DNA of 64,000 nt. Origin: Takakia lepidozioides (Eukaryota > Plantae > Bryophyta). Under the pieces are notes generated by a model that saw nothing but the letters and a program-made list of their open reading frames with translations, had not been told where the DNA came from and did no database searches. The stretch covers positions 17,236,001 to 17,300,000 of the forward strand of contig CM060734.1 of NCBI GenBank assembly GCA_030704615.1, given 5' to 3'. Below, one piece after another: positions 11,920-23,300 of this stretch; the first letter of the stretch is position 1, and every line of letters begins with the position of its first letter. A program made the translations under genes and the position numbers.

Positions 11920-11992
11920 TGCTCATGCTTTTTTTTTTTCCGCTCATGCTCATGCCGCTCATGCTCATGCCGCTCATGAAATAGCAGCCCCC
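11920..11992. repeat. Putative transposon terminus with subterminal (CC)GCTCATG repeats
   Basis: Six GCTCATG copies ending in GCTCATGAAATAGCAGCCCCC; very similar to 39366-39468. Confidence 0.65.
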
Positions 11993-12112
11993 CCCTCGTG
12001 GCTCTAGTGCCCCTAGTGATGGAGACATAGTCGGGTAACCAGTACATCCTCCACTCCTCGATCTCAACCTCATGCCCCCGCCTGAACTCATGGTAATCAT
12101 CCATAGCCTGTT

Positions 12113-14000
12113 GTGGAGTTCTTCAAAGAGTTGAGAGGGAACTACCAAGGGGTGAGGACAGAGAAGTTGCGGAGCTTGCAAGAGTTCCAACGGAAGCCGA
12201 CCGAGAGCTTGAGGGAGGCTTTCACTCCCATGAGGCACTTGATAAATGTAACCCAAGGGGTTACGGAAGCTCAGGCAGTCCAATTCTGGTATGGGATATT
12301 GGACAAGGAGCTGAGGAGAAGGGTGCGGGATGCAACTCTCCTACAAGCGGCCCAACCCACCTTAGCAAATGTGTTTTTGCTGGCAGAGCGGATAGAGCTC
12401 AACATGGTGGAGGAACGAGTGGTCATGGTGGGATTTGCTAAGGAGACACCACGGGGTAGTGGTGCTCCTAGCCAACCACTACCTCAACGTGCTCAAGGCA
12501 ACAAGGGGGCTCAGGTGAAGCTCAGGGAAGGGCAGAGAGGACCTCAGATGCAGGGGTCTCTCCCTTCATTTGCTGGCCAACAACGGGCGGATGTGGTGTG
12601 CTGGACATGTGGAGGACCCCATGTCAAGAAGGATTGTCCAGAGGGAGGCAAAGGGTCGGCACATGCACAGCCTGCATAGTTGCAGTGTGGGCATTGTGGC
12701 AAGCACGGGCATGGAGAGGCCTTGTGTTATGGTTTGCATCCTCAGTTGCGCCCAGGCCAGTTCCAAGGGAACAATGGTGACCGGGGGCGAGGTGGAGCAG
12801 CCCAGAGAGGACGAGGTGGCCAGCCACGAGGCCAAGGGCAAGCTCAACGTGGCCAAGGACGCGGAGGTCAGGGTGTTGACCAAGGCATGGCCAACCGGCT
12901 TCAGCAGCTAGAGCAGAGGCTCGCTGCCATGGCTACAGCTCAGGTGGTACCGGCTCTAAGGCCGGATGGTCCACCTCCTGCTCCTGAGGGAGGAGATATG
13001 GGAGGCATGGGATTCATGTGTGGAACAACACTACCACTAGTGCAGGTGGAGTCTGCTGCAGCCATGACTCGAGGAGCAGCACGAGTTCCTGAGCCACGAG
13101 GTGCAGAGGTGGAGTTGGATCCACAGCGTGGGGAGACAAGCCGTCAGGCTAGGCTTCCTCAGTCATTCACATTGGCGGAGACAGTGTCGACGCCATCCAT
13201 GGCACCTAGTTCTCGCCCGACGGTTACCGAGGCGGAGGTTACTATGCCATTGGGGAGAGCTACACGGGTAGCACCACTACCTAGTATTGCCAAGGCTGCG
13301 GCAGCTAGTGTGCTGCTAGGAGCGGCCACATCTGTGTGCCAGGCTCCATTGTTCTCGGCTACCATGATTGCGACGCCGGGGGTAGCTGAGGTGTTCAGGC
13401 TGGCAGCTACACTCTGTGAGAGTGAGGAGGTTACTTCATCTTCTGCGGAGATAGTGGGAGGTGTAGTGCCAGAGGGATCCTCGGATTTGAGGGTCAAGAC
13501 TGCCACGGCGGCGCCATGGCAAGCTGCAGCTGCCAGGTTGATGGAGCTGCCAGCTAGGCCAGCCATTGAGCATGCCATGGTGACACCTGGAGTTGTCATG
13601 TTAGACAACCAGGATGACATTTTTTGTTTGAGTGGACCGGCAGGCAAGAGGTACCGGCCACTGCGGGTCTTGTTGGACTCAGGAGCTCAGCCATTGATGC
13701 TGGGCAGAGCTGCTATTGCAGGCTTGGGCCTCACGGAGGCGGATATGGAGCCTTTTCCTTTCCAGATACAGACGTCTCTGGGAGGATCGGAGCAGGCTCG
13801 GGGCATGACACGGCGTGAGTTGGCTATCAGACTACGGTTGGATCACCCTACAGATGGCTCAGTGATGCGAGCCAAGGCCATTGTGACAGACGCAGTCTCA
13901 TACGATGTCCTGGTTGGTGGGGCAGTGTTGTACCCCATGGGCTTCACCCTGGATTTTTGGGAGGAGTCAGCTTCCTATAGGCCTGCATGGCAGTCAGGGG
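12113..14000 (+). pseudogene. gag: gag (two zinc knuckles) and aspartic protease
   Basis: Capsid-like FQRKPTESLREA; CWTCGGPHVKKDC and CGHCGKHGHGEALC; protease LLDSGA; in-frame TAG at 12677. Confidence 0.85.
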
Positions 14001-14389
14001 AGGGCCGGCGTGTGCAGCTCCCTGTGACGTTCATAGGAGGAGTTGCGGTTGCCCAGCGAGGCAAGATGCCGACACTAGCAGCATTCACAGCGGCAGTGAG
14101 TTGGCCTAGAGAGTTGCTTGAGGGCAATGCTCATTCAGAGGATGTACCACCTCCAGGAGAGCAGGATGACATGTATGGTATGGCGGAGTTGCCTACCATG
14201 GTTGCTCAGACTCCATTGTGGGGCACGAGCAAGGATTTGCAGCGGGATGCTAATCGACGGGTGCAACAAGCCTGGGTGGAGGCTTTTATACCGTCAGGAG
14301 AGGAGGAGAGTGCGGGGATTGCACCAAGACCACCTCAATTGTCTCCATTGGACACCACACCTATTGTGTGGCAGTATCCGGATGAAGGC

Positions 14390-15320
14390 ATTTGTCTTCT
14401 GGACTTGTTTGGCGGGATCAGCACCGGATTGGCTGCTGTGTTACAGGCAGGTGTACGAGTTTGGCGTTACCTGTATGTGGAGAGGGATGAGACTGCACGA
14501 CGCATTTCATTTCGTCATGTTGCTCAGTTGGTGCAGCGGTACCCTGAGTTGTTGTCGGTGTCTGCAATTCGTGGATATCAGCAGGCCTTGCCAGCAGACA
14601 TTTCGTTGCTGGGGCGCAGGATTTGGAGCGGGTTGGCTCCATTGACCTGGTAGTGGCAGGTTGGCCCTGCCAAGGGCATTCATCAGCCGGGCATGGCAAT
14701 GGATTGCGAGACTCGAGGTCGGGTCTGTTTTGGGAGATGGTGCGGGTTTTGCGCCACTTGCAGCTTCATCAAGCTGTATCTCCAGCATACATCTTGGAGA
14801 ATGTGCCACTGATGGGCGATTCTCGGGCCAGGGTGATGGCCAGTGTGCATCAAGTCCGGTCGTGGCTTGGGTCAGCAGTGTTGCTAGATGCAGCTACAGT
14901 GGGGTCACGGGCTCATCGTCCACGGCTATGGTGGACTAACTTGATGCCACCCGCACTGCTCAAGCGTGCATTTGATGGGGTGCAGCGGCCAGCACATCTC
15001 ACAGTGGATAACATTCTGGACACAGGGAGGCAGTCTCAGCGTGTGAGACACGATGACCGTTCGCCTTTGGCAGTGGTCAACAAGGTGGGTCAACCACGAG
15101 CAGCATTACCTACACTGCTCAGCTTCCCAGGATCGCATGCTTTCCAGGATAGTGGACCTGGCCTCATGTGGGATGCTCAGTTGCAGCAGTTAGTGGAGCC
15201 TAATGCTGACGAGCGTGAGCGGGCAATGGGTTTTACCACTGGTACCACGGCGGTGTCGTCTCTTTCTGAGGCATCACATCGTCAAGTGTTGGGGCAAGCA
15301 ATGGATCTCAATTGCTTGAC
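14390..15320 (+). pseudogene. DNMT3-like C5 cytosine methyltransferase domain within pol (frameshift ~14612)
   Basis: Motif I LDLFGGIS, II YVERD, IV AGWPCQ (14665), SRSGLFWE, VI LENV, VIII HRPRLWWTN, IX ERAMGF, X GQAMD. Confidence 0.93.
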
Positions 15321-15689
15321 CTGGATTATCAGCTTGGCTCTGGCTGAGCAATGCAGAGTGCGGAGTACACTTCCCTCAATGGTCTCTCTGCCTACCGAGA
15401 CGGTACAGGCAGTGAGTGGGGGCGAGCATGTGAGGACCACGGGGTGCATGCATCCATGGCACACGTGGGAGGTGCTCGAGGTTTAGAGGGAGTTGGCAGC
15501 CAAGGCGGCTGTGATGGATGAGGTTGGGGATTTTTCTCGGGTTGAGGAGGTCCTCAAGGATGAGATGATGGGGCAGGATGAGGCCTTGTCATTGACTGAG
15601 CAGGCAGGGAGTACTGCTCAAGAGGTTGCAACATAGCAACCACTAGACGCGGAGAGAGACGACGTATACGGCGGTTCCTGAGGGCTTAC

Positions 15690-18470
15690 ATGAATTGCTT
15701 TGCCTTCAGTTTGAAGGACTTGGGAGCACTGAAGGGTCAAGAGATCCGTATTGAGTTGGCCACTGACACGCCAATCTTTCGGAGACCCTATAGATACAGT
15801 GACATGGAGAGGTCTTTGATTCAGATGAGGACTCAAGATCTCTGGGAGGCAGGTTTGGTGGAGCTCTCTGGTGGAGAGTATGCTTCAGCCACAGTGATGC
15901 CAGCCAAGAAGGATGTCTATGGCAATTGGACGGAGAGACGTATGTGCGGTGATTACCGGCCTGTAAATCGTCAGACCAAGTCCGATAAGTATGCCATGCC
16001 AACACCAGAGGAGATCTTTGATGCCATCGGGCATGCTAAGGCCTTTAATACTTTGGATTTACGATCCGGATATCACCAGTTGCCAATCAAGGAGGCGGAC
16101 AAGCAGAAGACGGCATTCTGGGGGATCAATGAGCACGGCAAGGATTGCCTATATCAGTGGCGGTTCTTATCATTTGGGCTTAAGAATGCTCTAGAGTCAT
16201 GGATAGGATTCTAGCAGGGGTGGACTTTGCTTGGTGCTACATAGATGACATCATCATCTTTAGTGTTACGATGGAGGAGCATGAGAGACACCTTCAAGTG
16301 GTATTGGAGCGCTTGAGAGCGCACGGATTGAAGTTGCATCCGGGGAAGTGCAAGTTTTTCCACAACCAGATTGAGTATCTGGGTCACATGATATATCCTG
16401 GAGGATTGGGGGTACAGCAGACTAAGGTAGAGGCCATTGCACAAATTCCACGCCCCACGGATGTGAGCCGAGTTCGAGCTTTCATGGGGTTAGCAAACTA
16501 TTATAGACGGTTTGTCAAGGGATTTAGTACCATTGCAAAGGCTCTAACCAAGCTGACCAAGGTGGACCAGGAGTGACAGTGGGAAGATGAGCAGGAACGA
16601 GCTTTTCAAGAGCTCAAGGTGAGGTTGACCTCGGCGCCTATCTTGAGACGACCTATCAGGGGGTGTCCCTTTTAGCTGCATACGGATTGGAGCATGCTGG
16701 GGCTTGGAGCGGTGCTCACACAGGTGGATGATGAGGGAAAAGAGTTCGTAGTGGCTTACGCTAGCCGCTCAAACAACGCTGCAGAGGCTAAGTACAGCTC
16801 ATATGAGAGAGAGTGCTTAGCTGCAGTGTGGGCCGTGGCACACTTCAGGTGCTATCTATACGGCAATCTTTTCACCCTTGTCACGGATCACCAGCCACTC
16901 AAGTGGTTGATGGAGTCAGACAAGCTTACGGGGAAGCTTGCACGGTGGGCACTTATACTCCAGGAGTATGACTTTCAGGTTGTGCATCGACCGGGTTTGG
17001 TCAATCGGGATGCGGATGGATTGAGTCGCAATCCATGCATGAGCCAGCAGGATGACACTGGAGCTCGGTGGCATGGTGAGACGGATGAGGAGATGGTGCC
17101 GGGATGGCACGCATCTGCATTTTTGTGTATCTTGGCATCGGGAGGTCAGATTGGACCTACAACAGGGATGACTGTAGACGGAGTGTCTGAGGACCCTAAG
17201 GCTAGTGATGAGCTAGGTGGTGCCAGAGATATACATGAGGATTCGGCTGTGTTGGACTACCTCCGCACGGGAGACACGGCAGCCATTGTGACTGCCAGGG
17301 AGAGGGATCGGATCCTGCAACGAGCCAAGAGGTTCAAGTGGGAGGGGATACTACTTCGAGTGTGGGAGGATGGTCGGGTGAGGATTGTGCCTCACCCCAC
17401 ACAGCGTGCACGGTTAGTGCGGCATGCCCATGAGGAGTTGGGGCATTTTGGAGTGCGACGCACTCACAGTTTACTGCAGGGGCAGTATTGGTGGCGTGGT
17501 ATGCATACAGAGGTGCAACAGTTCGTGGCTAGGTGCATGGTGTGTGACAGGGTGCGTGTTTCATTCAACGCCCCTACACCACAACTGCATCCCTTACCAA
17601 TCATGGGATTGGGCTACAGGTGGAGTCTTGACTTCGCAGGACCATTGCCACTGACTATGCGCCACCACAGATATGTGTTGGTGATGGTGGAGCACTTCTC
17701 CAAGTGGATTGAGTTGGTTCCATTGCCTGACAAGGCTAGTGAGGGGGCTGCGTATGCATTCTTGGATCGTGTGCTTAGCCGATTTGGTGCTCCAGCTTAG
17801 GTACTCACGGACCAAGGGAGAGAGTTCTTGGGGGAGTTTCAGGCTTTGTGTGATAAAGCCTTGATAGACCACCGCACCACTTCTCGGGATCATCCTGAGG
17901 CCGATGGCTTAGCAGAGAGAGTTGTTCAGACGGTGAAGAGGGGTTTGCGCAAGTATGGCTTGCAGAAGGGACACCTAGGAGATTGGGATCTTCAGGTTCC
18001 TTGGTTAGCCATGGGCTACAGGTTCAGCAAACAAGCATCACTTGCCTCCTTCTCACCATATTTCCTTCTCTTTGGCCGGGAGCCGGATTTGCCTGCAGCC
18101 ATTCGTAGGGACACTGCTCAAGTCCTTAACCTTGACGATCCCGACGTGTGGGTACGTGCATATGATCAGCGTGCAGAGTTGTTCAAGAAAGTCATGCCCA
18201 TGGCTTTTGAGAACCTTGCCATTGCATAACACCGTGATACGTTGAGGTATGCCACTATACGTGGTGGAGGATATCGTCCTGGGGTTCGGAGGTTTAGCCC
18301 TGGTGACTATGTTTATTTGCAGCAGACTGCTCCTACGACTCTGGATGTTACTGCAGGGCGTGTTATTCTGAGGGTTTGAGAGGTGTTGCCCTCAAGGGTC
18401 CTGATCTTAGAGGGTCGGGATGGCATGACTTGGAAGGACCATGTGCGTAATTGTGCGCCATGTCACCTTC
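15690..18470 (+). pseudogene. pol: Reverse transcriptase, RNase H and integrase (multiple stops)
   Basis: RMCGDYR, LDLRSGYHQ, YIDD; YASR/ECLA/TDHQPL; H-H-C-C zinc finger, LDFAGP, TDQG, GLAER. Confidence 0.93.
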
Positions 18471-18526
18471 CCAATGTCGATGGCAGAGTTGACCCAAACT
18501 TGGCAGTGGTACTTGCAGGTTTGAGG

Positions 18527-18661
18527 TGCATGCTCTGTGGGTCTGCCAAAGGGGCAGCCACCATGCTGGTGTGTGATCGATGCTCAAGGGGTTGGCATAT
18601 GGGATGCTTGACACCCCCTCTTGAGAAGGTTCCTGACGGAGATTGGTTGTGTCCACACTGC
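18527..18661 (+). CDS. PHD finger at pol C-terminus
   Basis: CMLC-x11-CDRC-x4-HMGC-LTPPLEKVPDGDW-LCPHC (C4HC3). Confidence 0.9.
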
Positions 18662-18930
18662 TTGGGATAGTGGCAGTGGACATGACTGGAGGCAGCTAAC
18701 AAGACATGGGAGGCCAAGCTCATAGGAGTCAATACATGAGATCTCAAGCTCAAGTTCACAGGTTGCAAGACGGCGACTAACGATGGGGCAACTCTTGCAC
18801 CCGGCCTCTTGATCTATCGAGTTTGAGTGTAGTAGGGATAGTGGTGGAGGACTTAGTGAGGCTATGGTCACTATCACATCTTGTGGCTACCTGGACTTAG
18901 AGGGACCTAAGCACCAGCTAGGGGGGCGAT

Positions 18931-19436
18931 TGTGTGGACTAGTGACTGTCATAGTGGGCAGCATAGTGGCAGCCTAGTGACTGACTAGTTGTAGCCTAGT
19001 GGTTGGACTAGTGGTGGACTAGTGATATACTAGTGTGTGGTGTGCACATGTGTTGTGTGGTTTTGGACAACGATGTAGTTGTGTAGCGATATGTATGCGC
19101 ACGACAGCTGTCAAGTTATTTTATCACTAGTGTGAAACTAGCTAGGAAATAGCTAGCTTTTACATATTGACATTTGGGATTTGGCCCAAGTGTCAATCCA
19201 GGGGTCAAGGCAGATTTAGGCCCTGGAGTGGTTATCTTCACGACAAGTGCGGAAGGCTCATCTTTCTCGAGTTGAGCCTCACCGCGCCTAGCTATGGCGC
19301 CGTAGTGTGGATTCCCCATGGCGTGGGGTGCACTTGGCTTGACTTGTATTTGAATGATGAGGTTATATATGCATGAGTTTATGCTTCAGCTTTGTGAGCT
19401 CGCATGAGCTTGTGCTTGTATTCTTCTTCTTTATCA
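18931..19436 (+). repeat. 3' LTR of the DNMT-Gypsy, followed by a partial second copy (19438-19627)
   Basis: Starts TG after the PPT and ends TTATCA; its first ~190 bp repeat immediately downstream. Confidence 0.75.
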
Positions 19437-19625
19437 TTGTGTGGACTAGTGACTGCCATAGTGGACAGCATAGTGGCAGCCTAGTGACTGACTAGTTGTA
19501 GCCTAGTGGTTGGACTAGTGGCTGGACTAGTGGTGGACTAGTGATATACTAGTGTGTGGTGTGCACATGTGTTGTGTGGTTTTGGACAGCGATGTAGTTG
19601 TGTAGCGATATGTATGCGCACGACA

Positions 19626-20379
19626 GCCTTACCCATATGAACTTGTATCAAGTGTCTTTTTGAGCGAAGAGTCATTTTGAACATATCAGTTTTGTATGTT
19701 ATAGACCTTCTTAAGCCTGGATTCGGTTTTCCAGAACTTAGTAGCATGGACAAGAACCAGATTAACATCATGCATTTACATGAGAATATCTGCACTCTAA
19801 GATCCATCATCATAGATTCTGCCCTTTAAAGCTGAGGCTTAAATAGTTATGCAATTTCAAGTCTGGAGATCTAAGCCAAAACAAATGAAGTGGCCCTGCT
19901 TACAGCCCCATGACCAGGTTTAAGTCTAGAGGTAGACAATGTATCACAACATAGCGATACCAAGGCCATAACATAACTAAGAAACCAGACTCAAAACCAG
20001 TCTGTAAATGCTTAAATGAGCATTAATAGAATGTCTGATTTCAAGCTCTTTGAATGTGTTGCTCAGCAATTTTTAAGCTACAGCAGTATAACAAGCACTG
20101 TTTACTACCCCATAAACACTTCATAGGTCTGGATATAGTGTTCCATAACCCTAGCATGTCGTTTTCAGTGCATCACAAGAACTTTCAAAGTATTGCCAAT
20201 GTAAGAAATAAAGCCAAAGGGTCATGAAAACATATGACAGATTTCACATAGCATAACCAGATCTGCATACCCTTTATTGCAGTCTCATTGTAAACCAGCC
20301 TCTAGATCATTCATGCCCCTCAATAAAACTGAGTCTCAAAATGAGCTTTCAGGTCATTCATCATTGAAGGAGACAATCA
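19626..20379. repeat. ~750-bp repeat, inverted relative to 28563-29264
   Basis: Reverse-complement match, e.g. shared ORF MDLRVQIFSCKCMMLI; one ~70-bp indel. Confidence 0.9.
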
Positions 20380-23300
20380 TGATAATGGCTATGCTACGAG
20401 GGCCAGACAACGAGGGGCACAACGGGACATACCGGGTAGTGATGGATGTACACTACCTGGTCACGGGCAGAAAAGGCTAAGTACGCGGTACTTAGCAAAT
20501 GGCGGAACAAGGGTACATTACCACAGGAGCAGTAGTGGGTAGTGTAGTGACGTGGGCCGTGAACCACGATATCGCACGGCCACGTTAGCATTGGCTCTAA
20601 CCAATAGAGGGTATAGAGGACCGTTTACCACTATGGCTCACGACCACTACAACGAGCCACTTTTCTAGCTAACCTTTTAGGTTGCGTAGGCAGTTAGGCA
20701 AACGGTCATTAACGACCGCAGGCTGTAACGGCTCTTTCGAGCATAGTAAAAAAAGACTACACGCAACTTAGAAGAGGAGCAATATGAGTCTGAGAATCAG
20801 TGATCAGTATGTATTCAGTGTGTATTTCTGTGATGATGTGACGAACTCTGAAGTAAAGCCATGCTATTCGAAGTATCTCTGTATAGAGTGAATGTGAGAT
20901 GGAGAGAATGTGCATTATGAAAGAACATGAGATGGTGAGAATGTGTATCATCTCATGATAGTTCTTGTTTGCCTTAACTACCATTTGCTTAACAACTTCA
21001 GTCTTTTCGACTAAGATCTTTTATGCCAAAGAGACTGTAAGTTGAGCTTAATCAATAGGATTAAGCAGCCTACAGGGAGATAAATTCATACGATGTTCAT
21101 GGTTTAGCTATCCTTAAAACGATTACTTCGTAATCATTTTTGAAAGCATACCGTCGGACAACCTTTGTTATATGTCTTAGGAAATGGGCAGTAGTGCTGA
21201 TAGCCTGTTTTGTCTAAGTCATAAACTAGCGGTTAACATTTGGCGACCATACTTGGGACTAACGGTATGTTGAGTTCAAGTGTACTCAAGGAATGATGGT
21301 TACTCAGTGATTTCTTGAAATCACAAATAAACGAGTCAACGGAAGCAAAGGAATGGAAAACATTCCTGAAAAAATTTCATGGCTTACCAATAGCAATATA
21401 ACATAAGATCTTTCTTTCAATTGCGAAAGAAGATGACAAATGGGGATTGAAGGGAGGAGTGATCAGTATTACACGAGCACCTTGGGAATGTAGAATCAGA
21501 AGTGAAGAATGGTTGTCCCGTCTAGCTTTATTGATTACTCTAATCCCAATCAGAAAAGTTTGATACACTAGTTATATTTTCAGAGAAGGATGTTCAAATT
21601 ATGAATATTGTCACATGATCATAGAAGCAGTGGAGTACTGGATATCCAAAGATTTGTTACAAGTCAGACACACTGAGAAAGACAGATGGTATTATTGTGC
21701 CCATTAAAAGATTGGTGATCAATCAGTAAAAAAGAAAATTAAGTCGTAATACGGATTCTGGCAAGATAGGGTAAATCTTGGAGAAAGGGTAGAGACCACT
21801 ATAAATTTTCTTTACTGACATACCAAGACTGATTAAAGGGTGCTGAAAAAGAATTTTGCATATGATGTGGGAATGAATGAGGAAATTAAAGAAAAAGCTA
21901 AGCAAGACAAAGTTGAACGAATAGAGAAATATGTTGCAGAAAGGGAGGCTCGGTTAAGAGAAGAGTTCCCAGAATTACAAAACTTGAATATTATTCAAGG
22001 TGAGACATCAAGACAAATTGACAGTGATAAACCAGAAGATCAGGAAATCGGATCGGTGGGAAGTGGGAACACTACACCAGAAGAAGTTGCCAGTAATGCA
22101 CTTGATGAATGGTTACCACAAGAAAGATCTGAAGGACCTTCTACAGTAACAAGTCCAAATCGAGGCTTTGCTGAAATATTGGAAGAAAGATTTGAAAATA
22201 TTCTGAGTGAAGAAGGTGAAAGAAGTGAAACTACTTCTCCAGAAAGGATAACCAGGACTACACTCAAAGCTTTTAACGATTCATTAAGCTTAGTAGGGAC
22301 AACAGCTGGAAGACGGCTATCATTGGGACAAGGACCTCCTAGCTTTGAATCATTGTTTGGAAGACAAACACCAACACCACCATAGCCAACAGCAGTGGGA
22401 CCATCCCAGTTTGGACAACCAGTTGCACTAGCTGCACCAATGGCTTTAGCAGCAAGCAAAACCAGACCGCCATTTCCTTTATATGATGGGAAATCTGATC
22501 CAGATATCCATCTTAATCAATTTGAGAACATGTGCACCATTTACAATGAAGCAACAGACCAGGAAAATATCCGATTATTTCCTTGTTCAATGGCCAGGAA
22601 AGGCATTGAATGGTTAGCAACCTTTCCAGCCAATCACTTTGCAAATTGGGCGGACATAAGAGCCGCGTTTCAAGAAAGATATAGATCCAACAAATCCACG
22701 TCTGAAATCTTCACATGATTACAGAACCTGAGACAGAAAAAGAAAGAATTGGTAGTCGACTACCTGGAGAGAATGAAGACTCTGATCAGGAAGCTACCTC
22801 AAGCACCAGGTGATGACTTACAAAAATCATGGTTCATCAACGGACTTCGTCCTGAATATGTATCCATGATTACAGTCATGCCTAACAACACTTTGGCTAA
22901 AGCAGTAGGAACTGCAAAGAAATTGGAATTGGGATTTCATTAGAACAGAAGTAAAGATTCCAAGGATCCCTTGGAAGAAGAAGACTCTGATGATGAAGAA
23001 AAACCCAAGCAAAAGAAGAAAGAAGTGATTGACAAAACCACTTTGGATCAGAAGATAGCAGAGGCTATCAAGAATTTTAAAGATGAAGGGCCACGGAAGG
23101 CAACATGGTGTCACAAATGCGGGATTGCAGGACACTTGGCAACGGAATGCCACATGAAAGACAAATACTGTGATATTTGTCACATGAACAATCATAATAC
23201 CAGCCATTGTATTTACAATCAACGGGCCAAGAAGAGTGGGTACACACGAGAGGTGGGGGTAACCAAATCCGACGGGGAGGATCGGATGGACCAAGATGAT

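Larger units (their letters stand above)
1..11992. mobile_element. Mutator-like two-gene DNA transposon, copy 1 (left end outside window)
   Basis: Divergent transposase (-) and ParB-MTase gene (+). Right end GCTCATGAAATAGCAGCCCCC (11972-11992) with subterminal GCTCATG repeats resembles the ends at 35196 and 39468. Confidence 0.8.
12110..19436 (+). mobile_element. Ty3/Gypsy LTR retrotransposon carrying a C5 DNA methyltransferase and PHD finger (5' LTR missing; degenerate)
   Basis: Order: gag, zinc knuckles, protease, DNMT, RT, RNase H, integrase, PHD, G-rich PPT (18921-18930), TG..CA LTR. Confidence 0.93.

Noticed and set aside
11996-12104. Minus-strand coding-like stretch (DDYHEFRRGHEVEIEEW)
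   Set aside because: Possibly an inverted gag piece, but too short to support without a reference.
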